A stretch of 64,000 nucleotides of DNA, from NCBI GenBank assembly GCA_001179505.1, contig CDMY01000421.1, positions 1-64,000 of the forward strand, in the 5' to 3' direction. The position numbers were made by a program, and so were the translations under genes. The notes under the pieces were generated by a model. It had not been told where the DNA came from, searched no databases, and worked only from the letters and a program-made list of their open reading frames with translations. Origin of the DNA: Vitrella brassicaformis CCMP3155 (lineage: Eukaryota > Protista > Chromerida). Each line of letters opens with the position of its first letter. Positions within the stretch are counted from its first letter, which is position 1. Positions 27,057-38,915 of this stretch are shown here, piece by piece.

Positions 27057-28058
27057 GACTCATTGCATCTTTCTCAGGGGAGGCAGAGGTGGCTCTGACA
27101 GAGGCGGCGGTTTCCGCGGCCGAGGAAGGGGCCGGGGCGGAGGGGGCTACCAGCCCTCAGGACCTCCCAGCGAGATACAGGCAAGTACCAAAACAGACAG
27201 CACAGCCATCCACACACAGAGGTCGGTTGGGTGTGCGTCTGTCTGCAGGAGTTGGGTGTGTTTCTGCATCCGTGTGAGGGCGAGTTGGTGTGCCAGAGCA
27301 GCCTGGCGCAGCGGGTGGCCTACTTCAACGGCCGGGTCTTCCTCGAGAATAAGGAGGAGATCGGCAAGGTCGACGAGATACTCGGACCTATCAACCAGGT
27401 CGGTGTCGGTCGACCCCTGAGGTGTTGATCGATGCACATAACACGACAGACACTGGTGCGTGGCTGATGGACGGACATGTGTGTCTGTGTGTCAGTCTTT
27501 CTTCTCGGTCAAGTTGGCAGAGGGCATGGTGGCCACCTCCTTCGCGCCAAACACCAAGGTCTGTCTGCCTGCCGGCCTGCCTGTCTGTCTGTGCCTGCCC
27601 CCTCGTCCACCCATTCGGCTGTCCTTATGCGCAGGTGTTCATCGACCCCCAGCAGACTCTGCCGCTAGAGCGGTTCCTTTCCAAACCCCCAATACAGAAG
27701 GGGCAGAAGAAGCCAAAGTCACAAGGTACCCCCCCTCCCCGCCGTACACCCACACTCCAACCTGCCTCTCCGCTGCCTGTGGACAGATGGATCTTCGCGT
27801 GGAGGCAGGGGCGGCCGCGGCGGGTCTTTTCGGGGCCGAGGGGGCGACAGAGGCTCGTTCAGGGGCAGAGGGGGCAGGTACGCCCACGACCCACCTCACT
27901 CATCCACTCACAAGCATCCACTGCATGGTCTGTCTGTCTGTCTGTCCAGCGGCTCACGAGGGAGGGGCGGTCGGGGCGGCTTTGACAGAGGTGGTGGGTC
28001 ATTCCGCGGGCGGGGTGGTGGGGGAGGGTCGTTCAGGGGCAGGGGCAGGGGCGGGTAG
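26929..28058 (+). CDS. GAR1: H/ACA snoRNP subunit GAR1
   Basis: RGG-rich N- and C-termini flank the core [15 protein letters not shown]...[26 protein letters not shown]...FSVKL...[14 protein letters not shown]. Stop TAG 28056-28058. Confidence 0.96.
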
Positions 28059-28615
28059 ATTGGCATTCATTCATTCAGACAGACGCAGAAAGAGATGCAC
28101 CGATGGCTGGATGCTATTAGTGACAGACCGAGAGAGGGAGAGAGGGAGCCTTGTGAATGGGTGAGTGTGGCTGCCTGCACGGCGAGTAGTGGCGGGGGCT
28201 GAGGTTGTCCTGTTGCGCTGTCAGCAGCAGCTGCATCATAGAGAAGTGAAGAGAGCAAGGCAGACCTACAAGCACCTTTCTCTATGCGTGACGAGACGCT
28301 CATAAATGTGTGCCAGCCGGGGGATATCTCGCCCTCTAAAGTAGCTCGGAAGGCCTACACTGCCCGCACATAATATCAATATGACAACAGCAAACTCAGC
28401 AAACTGGACGTTGGAGCGAGAGTCGCGAAGATCCCGTGAGCTCGCGATCGAACGCCCAATTCCCGACTGAAATCCTGTTTCTGAGCCCACTTACGGCTCT
28501 CAGACCGTCCCCTGTCTGCGCGTGCTGTCCCTGTCCCCCTGTGCAACAACTTGACCGCTTCAGGCGAGACGGCATACCTTGGGGCTCAGCCGTCTCCTTC
28601 GTGTTTCATTGCAGG

Positions 28616-29433
28616 ATGGTGGCTAAAGCGGCGTCGACTGCTGCAGCCCTTGTGCTGCTGCTGGTACTGGCGGCATCTGTCAGCGTGTGCGCCTCTGCGA
28701 CGCACTTCAAGGGCGCCAACCCGCTCAAGGGTGTGACTGACCCACAGGATGTCTCCAGCCTTGATTTCATTGGGCTGTGTGTATGTTTCTCCGATACCTG
28801 CCAGGTGGGACTCTCAGCATGGCGGCCGTCGGTGTGAACGGCACACAGCCTCGCGACCCCTGCAACACAATGGTAAACGACCAGAAGTGCCGTTACGTCG
28901 ACACCTCGGGAGAAACGACGTGCGGCAAGCACCCCGACCTCGGGTACAAGTGCAAGTGCACCGACGGCAGCTGCAAGACCCCGGTGCGCACACACACTCG
29001 CATATCACACACAATGAGCATCATGTCTCTGGCTGGGTACATACCCGTCGTCTCTACTTCGCCAGGCTGCCTACAAACACCTCCTCACCGATACGTCCGC
29101 TGCCGAGCCCCCGGCCACCCGCACGGCTGCCACCCGCACTGCCAGTCGCCCTGCCACCTCCCAGCAGCCCGCCCAGCAGCGCCAGCGAAGGACTGGCGCC
29201 ACAGCTCTCACGGTCAACGAGCAGCTGGAGAAAGAAGAGGCGTGTAAGTCTTACACGCAGAAGTGCCGCCGGGCGAGTCCAGGCCAAAGTGCGGCACTTA
29301 CCACGGATACACGTGCACATGCAACGAGGGCGGATACTGCGTGGTATGTAGGAGGGCGAATCACCACCACTATAAACGGTCTCACTGTCTCTCATGCAAT
29401 GTGTCGCGGGTGTGTGTGTGTATGGTGCAGTGA
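28616..29433 (+). CDS. Small secreted cysteine-rich protein with two 6-Cys modules; apparent 1-nt frameshift
   Basis: Signal peptide MVAKAASTAAALVLLLVLAASVSVCASA. Module 1 CNTMVNDQKCRYVDTSGETTCGKHPDLGYKCKCTDGSC; Ser/Thr/Ala/Pro linker; module 2 CKSYTQKC/PPGESRPKCGTYHGYTCTCNEGGYC needs a frame change at about 29264-29272. Confidence 0.65.
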
Positions 29434-29784
29434 TACAGCCGAAACAGGCGGCCGGCCACCAGGAGAAGTCATGCAGCGCGGCCCTTTTCTTTTGTTGTCA
29501 AGAGTGAGCGGCGTTTTCAGCCGCCGCGATTTTCCTCTTTCAGCCGGACTGAGAGAGAGGGCATGACCCAGTAAGGTAGCAGAATTGACAAATCAACGAG
29601 CGAGTCGCAGAAATGCAACGCACAAAGGTCAAGACGCATCTCACACACCTACAAGCCAAGTCTTCACGCCAGATAAACCACACAGACACACAGATATATA
29701 CTTAGACACCTACTTACACAGACACAGACAGACCACATAAGAAAGAGCTCCTCCGTGCCATTGTCCCCATCTTCGCGAGACGGC

Positions 29785-32700
29785 TCATTTCCCTTCAGTT
29801 CTTCCACCAGAACCACCGCCAAACATCCCCATCAGGTTGGCGAAAATCCCCGTATCCTCCTCCTCACTACTCGACTCGTCGCTTGTGTCCACGATGGTCA
29901 CTGGCGGCTGCACCTGGGAGGGAGGAGACGGTATTTTGGCGGGCTGAGGGGGAGAAGCCATCTTGCCCATCTTTGCCGCCTTTGCCGCGGCTAGCTGCGG
30001 GCCTAGGTACTTGCCCCGAGGTGGAGGCAGTCGCATCTTGGGTGCCGCAGGCTTGGCTGGTGATGGCTCTGGAGATAGCTGCGATGCCTGTGGTAGCGTG
30101 GCTGGGCGCGTTTGTGGACTCTTGTGATTCTCGAGGAGACCACAGGGTTCCTCTGGTTCAGCAAGTTGTGTCTCCTCCTCTGTCTCTATTTGATGGACGA
30201 CGGCCTCGTATCTTCGTGTCGATGGCTGCAACGGCTGTGTCTCCATTTGTTCCATGGGCAGTTGTCGGTCGCCTTGCTCTCTTTCCTCCTCAGGCGCAAC
30301 GACAGTGGGTAGGTGAGACACGACAGCCGTCTTGAGATCGGGCAGCCTCTCCACCTGCATTAGTCCAGGCAAGCCCCCGATTAGCTCTTCCGCCACCTCA
30401 CCCGCAGAGACGGTCGCATGCTGCTTCGCCGACGGCCGCACCATCACACATGCACGCTGATCCGTCCGTGCAGCAGGCTGGGCGAATGTCAGAGGGGTGG
30501 AGTAGGGAATGGGGAACCGGAAGGGCGGCTGATGTCGGGTCGTCGGTGGCAGATATGTGGATGGCATGGGAGCGGGGTAGTACGTGGGGGACTGAAGGGT
30601 CGTCCTCACCGTTATGCCGTCTTCGAAGTGCTCGTGCTCTGAGGGAGAAGGCGATGACAGCAGTGGCGGGGGTGGTGTCTCCGCAGCAGTCGTCTGCTGC
30701 TGGTGGTGTCTCTGTCTCGGCTGCAGGGGCGGCTTATGGGTGCCACGGTACGGTGGTGCAGGTAAGGTGATGTTGTAGGACACGATCTGAGGCGCCTGTG
30801 CCGCAAGAGCAGAAGCCATCTCCTTCGCCACGTCATGCGGGGCTGTTGGAGCTGCTGATGAGGGAAGAATGACTTGAGTCACTTGAGGGGCTGTTGGCCG
30901 CAGCTTCTCCTCTCCCGCACTGTCTTCATGCCTCCTGCGCGGCGGTGACTTTCTCCTGTCGTCTTTGGGTGCAGTGGGGGGATTTCCAAAGGCAGGATAT
31001 GGGAAGGGCACGTGTATAGGGTATGGGGGTGGCGGAGGGGGCGAGGGTGCTGGAGGGGTCTGTGGCAGAATCACTTGTGTGATCGGTGGGGGCGAGGGAG
31101 GGGGAGGAGCAGCAACAGGTGTCTCTTGCCCTCGGATCGGCCGCTCGTCTGCTGCCCCCCGTGTCCTCAGCAAATCACGGATCTCCCGCATTTTGTCGTG
31201 CAGCCGCTCGGCTCTCCATCGGGCTTCGTCATCCTGTCGCCGTCTCCTTTCCTCTTCCTCTCTCTTTTCCTGCCGCCTCTGCTGCTCCATTAGTTCTCGA
31301 TGCTGGCCTTGGATGGTATCCCGAAGCTGTGAGAGCTCCAGCTGCATTTGATGGTACTTCTCGTCTTCTGAGCGGGACAGCTGTTGCAGCCTGTAGCTTG
31401 GGTCCGTGTGCTTCTGTTTTTCCTCAAGCTGGGCAGCTTCGAGCCTGTCCAGCCTGCTGAGTATATGTCTCTCCATCTCATGAAGCTCGGCGCTGGTTTG
31501 CGTCGACAGCAGCGTCTGCTTCAAGTTGGTCATCTCCGAGGCCAGCTGCTGGGTCAAGATAGTAGGCAGAATGTCTGGTCTTTCCCTTTGGGCTTCTTTC
31601 CTCTCTCTCTCGTCTTCTGGTCTTAATTTTGGCCGCCGCGAAGTCACGCGTATGTGTCCGGTGGTGGTGGGTGTCTCATCTCCAGCATTGACGTTTGGCA
31701 GGAGCTCGAAGGACGGCAAGGCGGAAATACTGGTCTTGCTGTGAGGGATGATAGGCCGCGGTCGAGCCGGTCGAGGTGGAGGTGGGGGTGGCGGTCTGTG
31801 TCTTGTTCGAGTGCATCGCTGGATCTTGACTGCAGCCTCGACTTGCTCTGCCAAAGCATCCAAGTCTTGGTAATCGGGACACAGAGCGGCTCTGAAACCA
31901 GACGGAAGAGACATGTCATAGATGGCCGAGTGCAATCGTTGCGCTCTCACCTTGGGAGCTTTTTTGGCTGTCCAGGCATCACGCTTCTCCTCACCAGTCT
32001 TCGCAACACGTCATACTCTGCCAGCAGCTCCTCTTTACCCGCATCAGCCCCACTCCATCTCACCAGATACTTGTCGATCCCTCTTCTCTGGTCCCTCACC
32101 ACCTCCACTACCCTCCCATAAACCCATCTCCGGCCGCGCGTCCGTCTCAGTAAAGCACCGAGAAGCGGGTTATACCTCTCTTCTGCCGTGCCCGGAGCAT
32201 CATCTGGTGCAAATACGGCCCCTCGGCTGTCATTAAAAGTGGACGGGCGGGCGAAAGGGGCAATGGTGGGGCGAGACACTGTTGTTGCGGACGGACGTGA
32301 TGAAGGGACAGGGGATGGGACGTTTCGAAAGACCACGCGTTGAGCGTCCCTTCCTCTCGTGTCAAGGTTGGCGGGCGGCAGAGGGGGGTACGCCGGCCCC
32401 GTTTGCATTTTCTCGTCTCGCTCAGCAGCAGAGTGACCGGGCGAGAGCTCGGCCAGCGTCAAGCCTTGCAGGGGAGGCAGCTCCTCACCGAAGCCAGCCT
32501 CCAACGGACGCAATGGCGGTGGAGTGGGCACGTCGGTCAGCACAGGCTGGGGGGAGGGCGTAGATACCGAGAGGGCCGGGGGTGGTGAGGCTGGTTGGGA
32601 CTTGACCGCTCTGACGTGCCGTTGAATCGTGGTGGCCGCTTCGATTCGTTCTGCAAGAGCGTTGAGGGCCGCATAGGAGGGATGAAAGTGACCCCTGGGA

Positions 32701-35700
32701 GACACACATTCACAGAAATGCATCGGAGAAGGCCTGCATGCCCCTAACACTAACCTCCGCACGGCCTCACATCTTGCCACAACGGTCTGCAAGACCTCAA
32801 AGTCATCCCACCATCCGTCCATCCCGCCGGACGTCACCACACAATATTCTTCCGCCTCTCCATCACCTGCTCGTCGCACATCCAACACCCTACCGTACTC
32901 TCCTCGGCCATCGCTGTGGGAAATCCTAATAAATGGCATTGAACAAGGGGTGGACGCCTTGCAGATGTGTGTGGTCAGGAGAGGCTCGTGTCTCAGTGGG
33001 AGCGCCATGAGGTTTTGCCGTCCTCATTCTTGCTGTCGTTTCAATCTCTAGTTGCCGGGGTTTCTTCCATGCAGCCTTCTTGACCCGCTCTTTATATGAT
33101 GGCTTCCCTCTTGGGCTGCCCACGCGAATCCTTCTAGGCATGACCCAAGACATCCTCCTCAGTGGCTGGCGAGTGACAGGGACTTCCCATAAGACTGCCG
33201 CCTCTTCCTCAGGCTCTTCGGCGGGCAAATGCTCCGTTATAATATCCCTTCTCATATCCTCCGTCACCAAAGCGTTTCTTGGTCTCCTCAATATCTCTTC
33301 TGTTCCCTTTCCTCGAGCCTCAGTCTGCGCCACTCGATCTTGCGTTTCCCGTGATGTCTCATCTCGCATAGCCCGCGTTGCCTCTGCATCAGTCAGTCGC
33401 GTCCGCAGCAGTTCATCTCTGGCCCTCCGCATTTCTCGCTCCCTCTCCCTCTCTTGTCTTTCCCCTTCTGTCAAGCTCAGCCTCTCCTTGGGCACCATCA
33501 GCCTCTCGCTCATCAGCCGATCGCGTCTCGCACTGACCTTCGCGCGCTCTTCCATCGTCAGCAAGTCTAGATAAGGCGGAGTCCACGTGAGACCCCACGT
33601 CTGCACCGGGATGCTCCATCGTTTCGGCATAGTTGGCGTCTTCCAGCCTGTCTGGACGGAGCGGTCGAATATCTTTTTTGATGGCATTGGGCGTTCGAAG
33701 AGGGCCTTTGCCTGCTCAGATAGAAATGGCACTTGCAAATTGTCGATGAGGGAAGACCTGCGGCGAGACTTGCGCTTTCTCTCGGCAGCTGGCTTCGTCT
33801 TCACAGAGAGAGGAACAAGAGCCGTTGCCCGTCTCCCTTTCGGAGTCACCAAGTATGTCGACCGAATGCGCTGGCGCCTGTCGAGAAGTGCCTTCTCGCT
33901 TAATGCTCGCTTCCTTGCAGGTGGAGGTGGCGGGCCTGCTGGCCATTTTTTCGGGGGTGGGGGAGGAATGCCTCTTCGTGCACCTGCCTTTGGGGGCGGT
34001 AGTCGTGGCCACTTTGCGTCAGAAAAACTTGAGACGTCTGCTTCTCCTCCTTCTTTCTTCGTTTCTGCCATTGCTTCAGTAAAAGGGTTCTCTTCCTCAC
34101 TTTCACTCGAAAACACGGGTGGCGGGGCGGCTGGAGGTGGCAATGGGACTGCTGATGTCTTCGCTTCAGCTTTGGGCTCATTGAGAGGAGACGCCGTTGC
34201 CTTTGCGGCAGTTGCTCTGCCCTCAGTGCTCCATTCGCTCGATGTCACCGAGAAAGATCCCTTGCGATTCCACCGTGAGACCGCTGGAGAGGCCGATGGT
34301 AGTGGAGGAGTTGCAGCCGTTTTTTCTTTCGTTGGGCTTTCTGGCGCAGCTTTTTTCTTCTCCTATTCTTTTGGTGTTTCGAAAAGCGGCTTCATCAAGG
34401 CATTCATTGCTCCAAGCATGCCTGCATCCTTTTCACTCGAAGATGACGATTCAATAGAGATGGCTGTCGCCTTAGGAGCTTTGAGGGGAGGGGAGGGAGG
34501 CAGAGGCGCCCTTTTCTTCGGTAGCAGTGTCGGTGGTTCCTTCAGTGGCTCCGTTGGGGCAGCAGGAGCAAATAGATTCATCATGTTGGCCACTGCCGGT
34601 AGGCCGCCTAGTCTATCTTCCTCGTCAGTCTCTTCTTCACTCGATGAGGCAAGGGGCGGAGCCGCGGGAGGTAGTTGTTTCGGCTGCGGCGGCGCAATCT
34701 TCGCTTGTCGTGCCTCGGCGATTGATTCCTCGTCTGAAGCAAAAATGCCCCTTTCAGCAGGAGGCTGCTTTGCCTTCGTAGCTGGTGCCACTGCCGCTTT
34801 CGCAGGCGTCTTCACGGGAGCTTCCAGCATAGCTTGTTCCTGCTGAGTTTGCAGTCCCAATGGCGCCATCATCATATTCATCTCCTGAATCACGCCACCA
34901 AGAATGCCCCCATCCTCATCTTCTCGGGACGACGCCGCTGAAGCGATAGCCGATGGCTTGCGTGCCGGTGGTGATGGCTTCCGGGGTGGGGGCGGGGGCG
35001 GCGGTGATTTCCTTGCCTTTATCGGCGCTTTCATCTCGGCTGCCTTAGGTGCGTCGGGCGATTTTGGCGGCAAGCCTCCTGACAGACACACAGGCACAAG
35101 CCGCTATACACTGCGCAGAGAGAATTCGGATCTCATGGTCGTACTTGTAAGACCAGGCGGTCCACCTTCCTCTTCGGTTGAGGTCTCGCTCTCGCTTGTG
35201 CCGAAAGTAGGGACACTCCTCATTGGAGGCGGGGGAGGACGTGGTGGTGGCATGTTGTGTGTGGGGGATTCCATAATTGTTGGCTCATAGTGTGGTTGGC
35301 TCTGTGTGTCTGGTCGGTGGGGCATGTCCATGGTCGCCGGCCGAGTGGGGGAAACACCAGCAGAGACACGCAGCACAGTGCGAGTCTTGCTGTCCACATA
35401 CGTCCTCAGAATCACCATTGCCCTCAATCGCATCATGTCTTCATCTCCCTTCTCGTCGCAGCATTTGCCTTCAGCTTCACAAGCCCTGCGAAAATCCGCA
35501 TCGTCCAACAGTTCCCCCAGCCGATCTTCCACTGAGATAGATCGCCCTGTTCTCCATTCGGGAAAGAGCACCGAGAAGTCGCGTAGAGCGACCTGGTCAT
35601 CAGCTTCAAGAAGGTATGGCAGCTTCCCATAAAGGTGATGCAATGTCGATACGAGAGCCTTGTATAGAGGTGCGTGGATCCTGTAAGGTGTTTCTCGCCC

Positions 35701-37051
35701 GCTCGATGAGGAAGAATAAACAAGGGAGTCCTGGGAGTTCTCTCCTCCATCTTCCTTTTCCGTCGCTGGCGAGACCGGGATGTCGCTCGACGATGATGAA
35801 ACCGTCAATGGCATGCCATCGTCGAGACAGTCACCTATCTCCTCACTGCCAAAGCCATAAATCGCCACAGTGTCTCTCCTCCCTCGTATCGCCCGCGCTT
35901 TCACTTCGATAAAGCCCTCGATTTTTCTCTCTTCTGCAGTATCACCCGCAACCATTTGCACTGGCCTGAAGGTTGGCGAGGGATCGGCAATATCAGGCGG
36001 CTCCTGTGCTGCTGATTGAGGAAGCAGCGCCCTCAGTGATGCCGCGAGAGACGCCATCGACGGCCGATGAGAAGGCTTCTCACGCCAGCAAGTGAGAGCA
36101 ACACGACATGGAGGTGATAAACAGACGAGGAAACGCCATCATGCAGACCCTGCAGACCTTCTGGTGATGCACCAGACTGTCTTGGGGCATCCAGGGGGCG
36201 GCGGCAGTCGCCACCCTTCCGTGACTTTCTCTCTCACTTCTTCATCCGAGGAGTACTCAGAGAAAGGGAGGCGGCCTTCCGCCCATATCTCCCACGCAGT
36301 CACACTGCACACACAGCCATACAGCCTGGTAAGACGCAACACAGACGCAGCGCTTCTATCTATCTGTCCTTCTACCCAAATGCCCACACGACGGCTGCCT
36401 CTGTGTCCTGTTCCCCTCGCAGACACTCAGGTGAGCTCCACCTCACGGGACGGGGCTTTGACTCATCCTCTAATCCACACACCTGAACCAGAAACAGGCA
36501 TCCACGTTTCTGTGTTGCGTTCTGCCAGCCCCCATTTCTCACCCCGCATAGTACCTTGACGGCGACGTTGTTCTCTTCTGCATCATCAGAGCTGTTGAAT
36601 CGCCACACCTCCACCACCGCGGCCCTCAGCCCCCTTAGGATCCTCACGGCCTCGCACGTGCTCTCCATCAGCTCTTCCAGATGCCCTGCCAGCCTGCATG
36701 TCAACCTCAGCTTGACCTCTGCACTGACACAGCCACGATGCAGTTCCAGAAGATGACGAAGGGCTCCCATCGCTGTCCTTCGGGAGCAGAGAAGAGCAGA
36801 GAAGCCGAAAGACGTTAGAATGTGAAAGTGGATATCGCCCGTTCTTGTGTATGTAGCCAGGGGAAGTGTTCGTCACCTGTGCCCTCTGTTGTCATCTGTG
36901 TGTCGGCCGGTGCCAGTGCCTTTCCTTTTGTGGTGGACCATAGGGATGGGTGGGTAGACAGGCCTGCATCACACAGACTCGTTCTTGCGTACCCCTTCGG
37001 CGGGCCGGGGGGCAAGGTCCCCGTGAGGTTAAAGAACGAACGAACGGACAC
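29785..37051 (-). pseudogene. Large disrupted gene: degenerate tyrosine-kinase-like domain, Pro-rich linkers, two Tudor-like+IQ modules and a coiled coil
   Basis: Kinase remnants HSNVFRLL, VRWSSPE, VWAFG|VTAWEI, RLPPPPGCP, CWREKPSHRPS with HRD/DFG lost. The downstream ORFs of 317, 244, 440, 353 and 721 aa join via short GT-AG introns except for an in-frame TAG (34363-34365) and a +1 frameshift near 32930. Further lesions near 36790 and 36139. Confidence 0.6.
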
Positions 37052-37059
37052 GGATCGCG

Positions 37060-37069
37060 TTTGCGAGCT
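37060..37069 (+). promoter_or_regulatory. TTTGCGAGCT candidate promoter motif upstream of TCTP
   Basis: 63 bp upstream of the TCTP ATG. Confidence 0.55.
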
Positions 37070-37131
37070 ATGAAGTGATCCTCACACTTCCTTTTCGCGC
37101 CGCGCATCGTTTTCTGTTGCTTTCAACAGCC

Positions 37132-37575
37132 ATGAAGGTCTTCAAGGACGTCTTTACTGGTACGCACTCCACCTGCTGCAGATCTGCCTGATTTCCCTCT
37201 CTCTGATCTGCTACTGCTGCAATGTGACGTGTCTGTCAGGTGACGAGCTGATGTCCGACTCGTACAAGCACCAGGCACCGTTCGGCGACGAATCCCTCGC
37301 AGACGTTGCCTTTGAGGTGGAGGCCAAGGTGAGGCGATTGAGAAGAGGGAACCACACGTGTCCGTGTGCCCTCCCTGTGCAAGTGTGTGCTCGTGTCTGT
37401 TTGTGTTTGTGTTTGTGTGTCGGTTTATCTTATTGCAGCGAGTGAGCAAGGGCGGTGAGGATTTCGGCGTGGCGGCCAACGTGGATGAGGACGCGGGGGA
37501 GGGGGCGACGGCAGACGGCGGCGAGGCCGCAGAGATGGTCATCGATATCGTCGATGGATTCAAAGTCAGGGCGGC

Positions 37576-37610
<35 letters not shown>

Positions 37611-38103
37611 GAGGGAGGGAGGGAGGGAGGGAGGGGGGCGGCGGAGCAGAGAACACGCAATGCATGTTGGTTGCTATGGGTTGGTGTGGTGTGACTGATG
37701 TCATGTAGTTGTGCGAGACTGGGTTCTCCAAGAAGGATTTCGGGGTGTACATCAAGGCGTACATGCAGCGCGTCAAGAAGTACCTCGAGGAGAACAACCC
37801 CGACAGAGTCGAGAAGTTCATGGCCGGCGCACAGGCACTCGTCAAGAAATTCCTCGGCATGTTCGATGACCTCCAGTTGTAGGCACACACACACACACAC
37901 ACACACACGCCTCCCCACCCCCCTGTGTGTGGACCTGTGTGTGGATCTGTGTGTCGATTTGTGTGTCCGTGTGTGGATGTTGCAGCTTTATGGGCGAGAG
38001 CATGGACAGCGAGGCGGGCATGGTGTACGCCTATTACGGAGACGGCAAGGAGGCGCCCACCTGCGTCTACTTCATCGACGGCCTCAAGGAAGAGAAATAC
38101 TAA
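37132..38103 (+). CDS. TCTP: Translationally controlled tumour protein
   Basis: MKVFKDVFT|GDELMSDSY, MVIDIVDGFK|LCETGFSKKDFGVYIKAYMQRVKKYLEENNPDRVEKF, F|FMGESMDSEAGMVYAYY, YFIDGLKEEKY*. Confidence 0.97.
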
Positions 38104-38915
38104 CCCACGCATGCCCGCCCACCCCCCCATCTCCGCCTGTCTGCCTGTCGATGCATCCCATTGCCCCATGCGTGTGCCTTCCATCTTTGTGAACGTGTCC
38201 GTGCGTGTGCGTGCATGTGTTTCTGGTCGGTGAGCCAGAAGCGTGAATCCGTGGCGATTTTGGTGCATTGAGCCGATCGGTGGATGGTTGGATGGATGGA
38301 TGGCATGAGTGGGGGTGTGGGTGCATGCGGCATAAATTGCACGCACCCCCTCCACCTTTGCGTGAGTGAGTCAGGGTGGGAAACACAGTAGGGCGTCCGT
38401 GTGTTGTGTTCTTTTCGGGACTTTCAAGCCATGTGCATGCATGTTATCAATTCGTCGTGAGTGACCTGACTGACTGATGTGCCTGGGTGTGTTTGCTGTG
38501 AGGCGGTCTGCGTTCGCTCGTTCCCAATCGGCACGACAAGGCAGCCGACGCATGTCGACCATGTGTTGGCCATCTTGTTGTGGAATGAGGGAACGTTCGT
38601 ATGCACGGCCCTTCACAGCAGACACACAGCTCTAGACTGACCGATGAGTGAGATAATGATGGACCCATGCGTGTTGACGGTGGACGGACAGATGTCTTGA
38701 CGAGAATGGGTACACGACTGACGTCCGATTTCGTCTCAGCGAGCTGTCAAATCTGGACACCCGCTAAGCTGCTAACTGTACACACACGCCACCCAGCGCC
38801 ACGCCACACCCACAACGACGTACCACCTCACGAACAAATCCTCTAGCTCCTCTCTCTTCGTTGACAGACCAGCCACAACACCACCACGACAAACCACTCA
38901 CGGCTGCCAGTATGG

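Noticed and set aside
34363-34365. In-frame TAG as evidence for stop-codon reassignment or readthrough
   Set aside because: TAG terminates GAR1, the DUF6816-like, helical-repeat and phospholipase B-like genes normally, and the same locus has other lesions; a GAG>TAG nonsense change is simpler.
33587-34846. 419-aa plus-strand ORF, and similar + ORFs at 29883-31460
   Set aside because: Antisense to the Pro/Ala/Lys-rich minus-strand frame, with no recognisable domain; stop-poor because of codon bias on the opposite strand.
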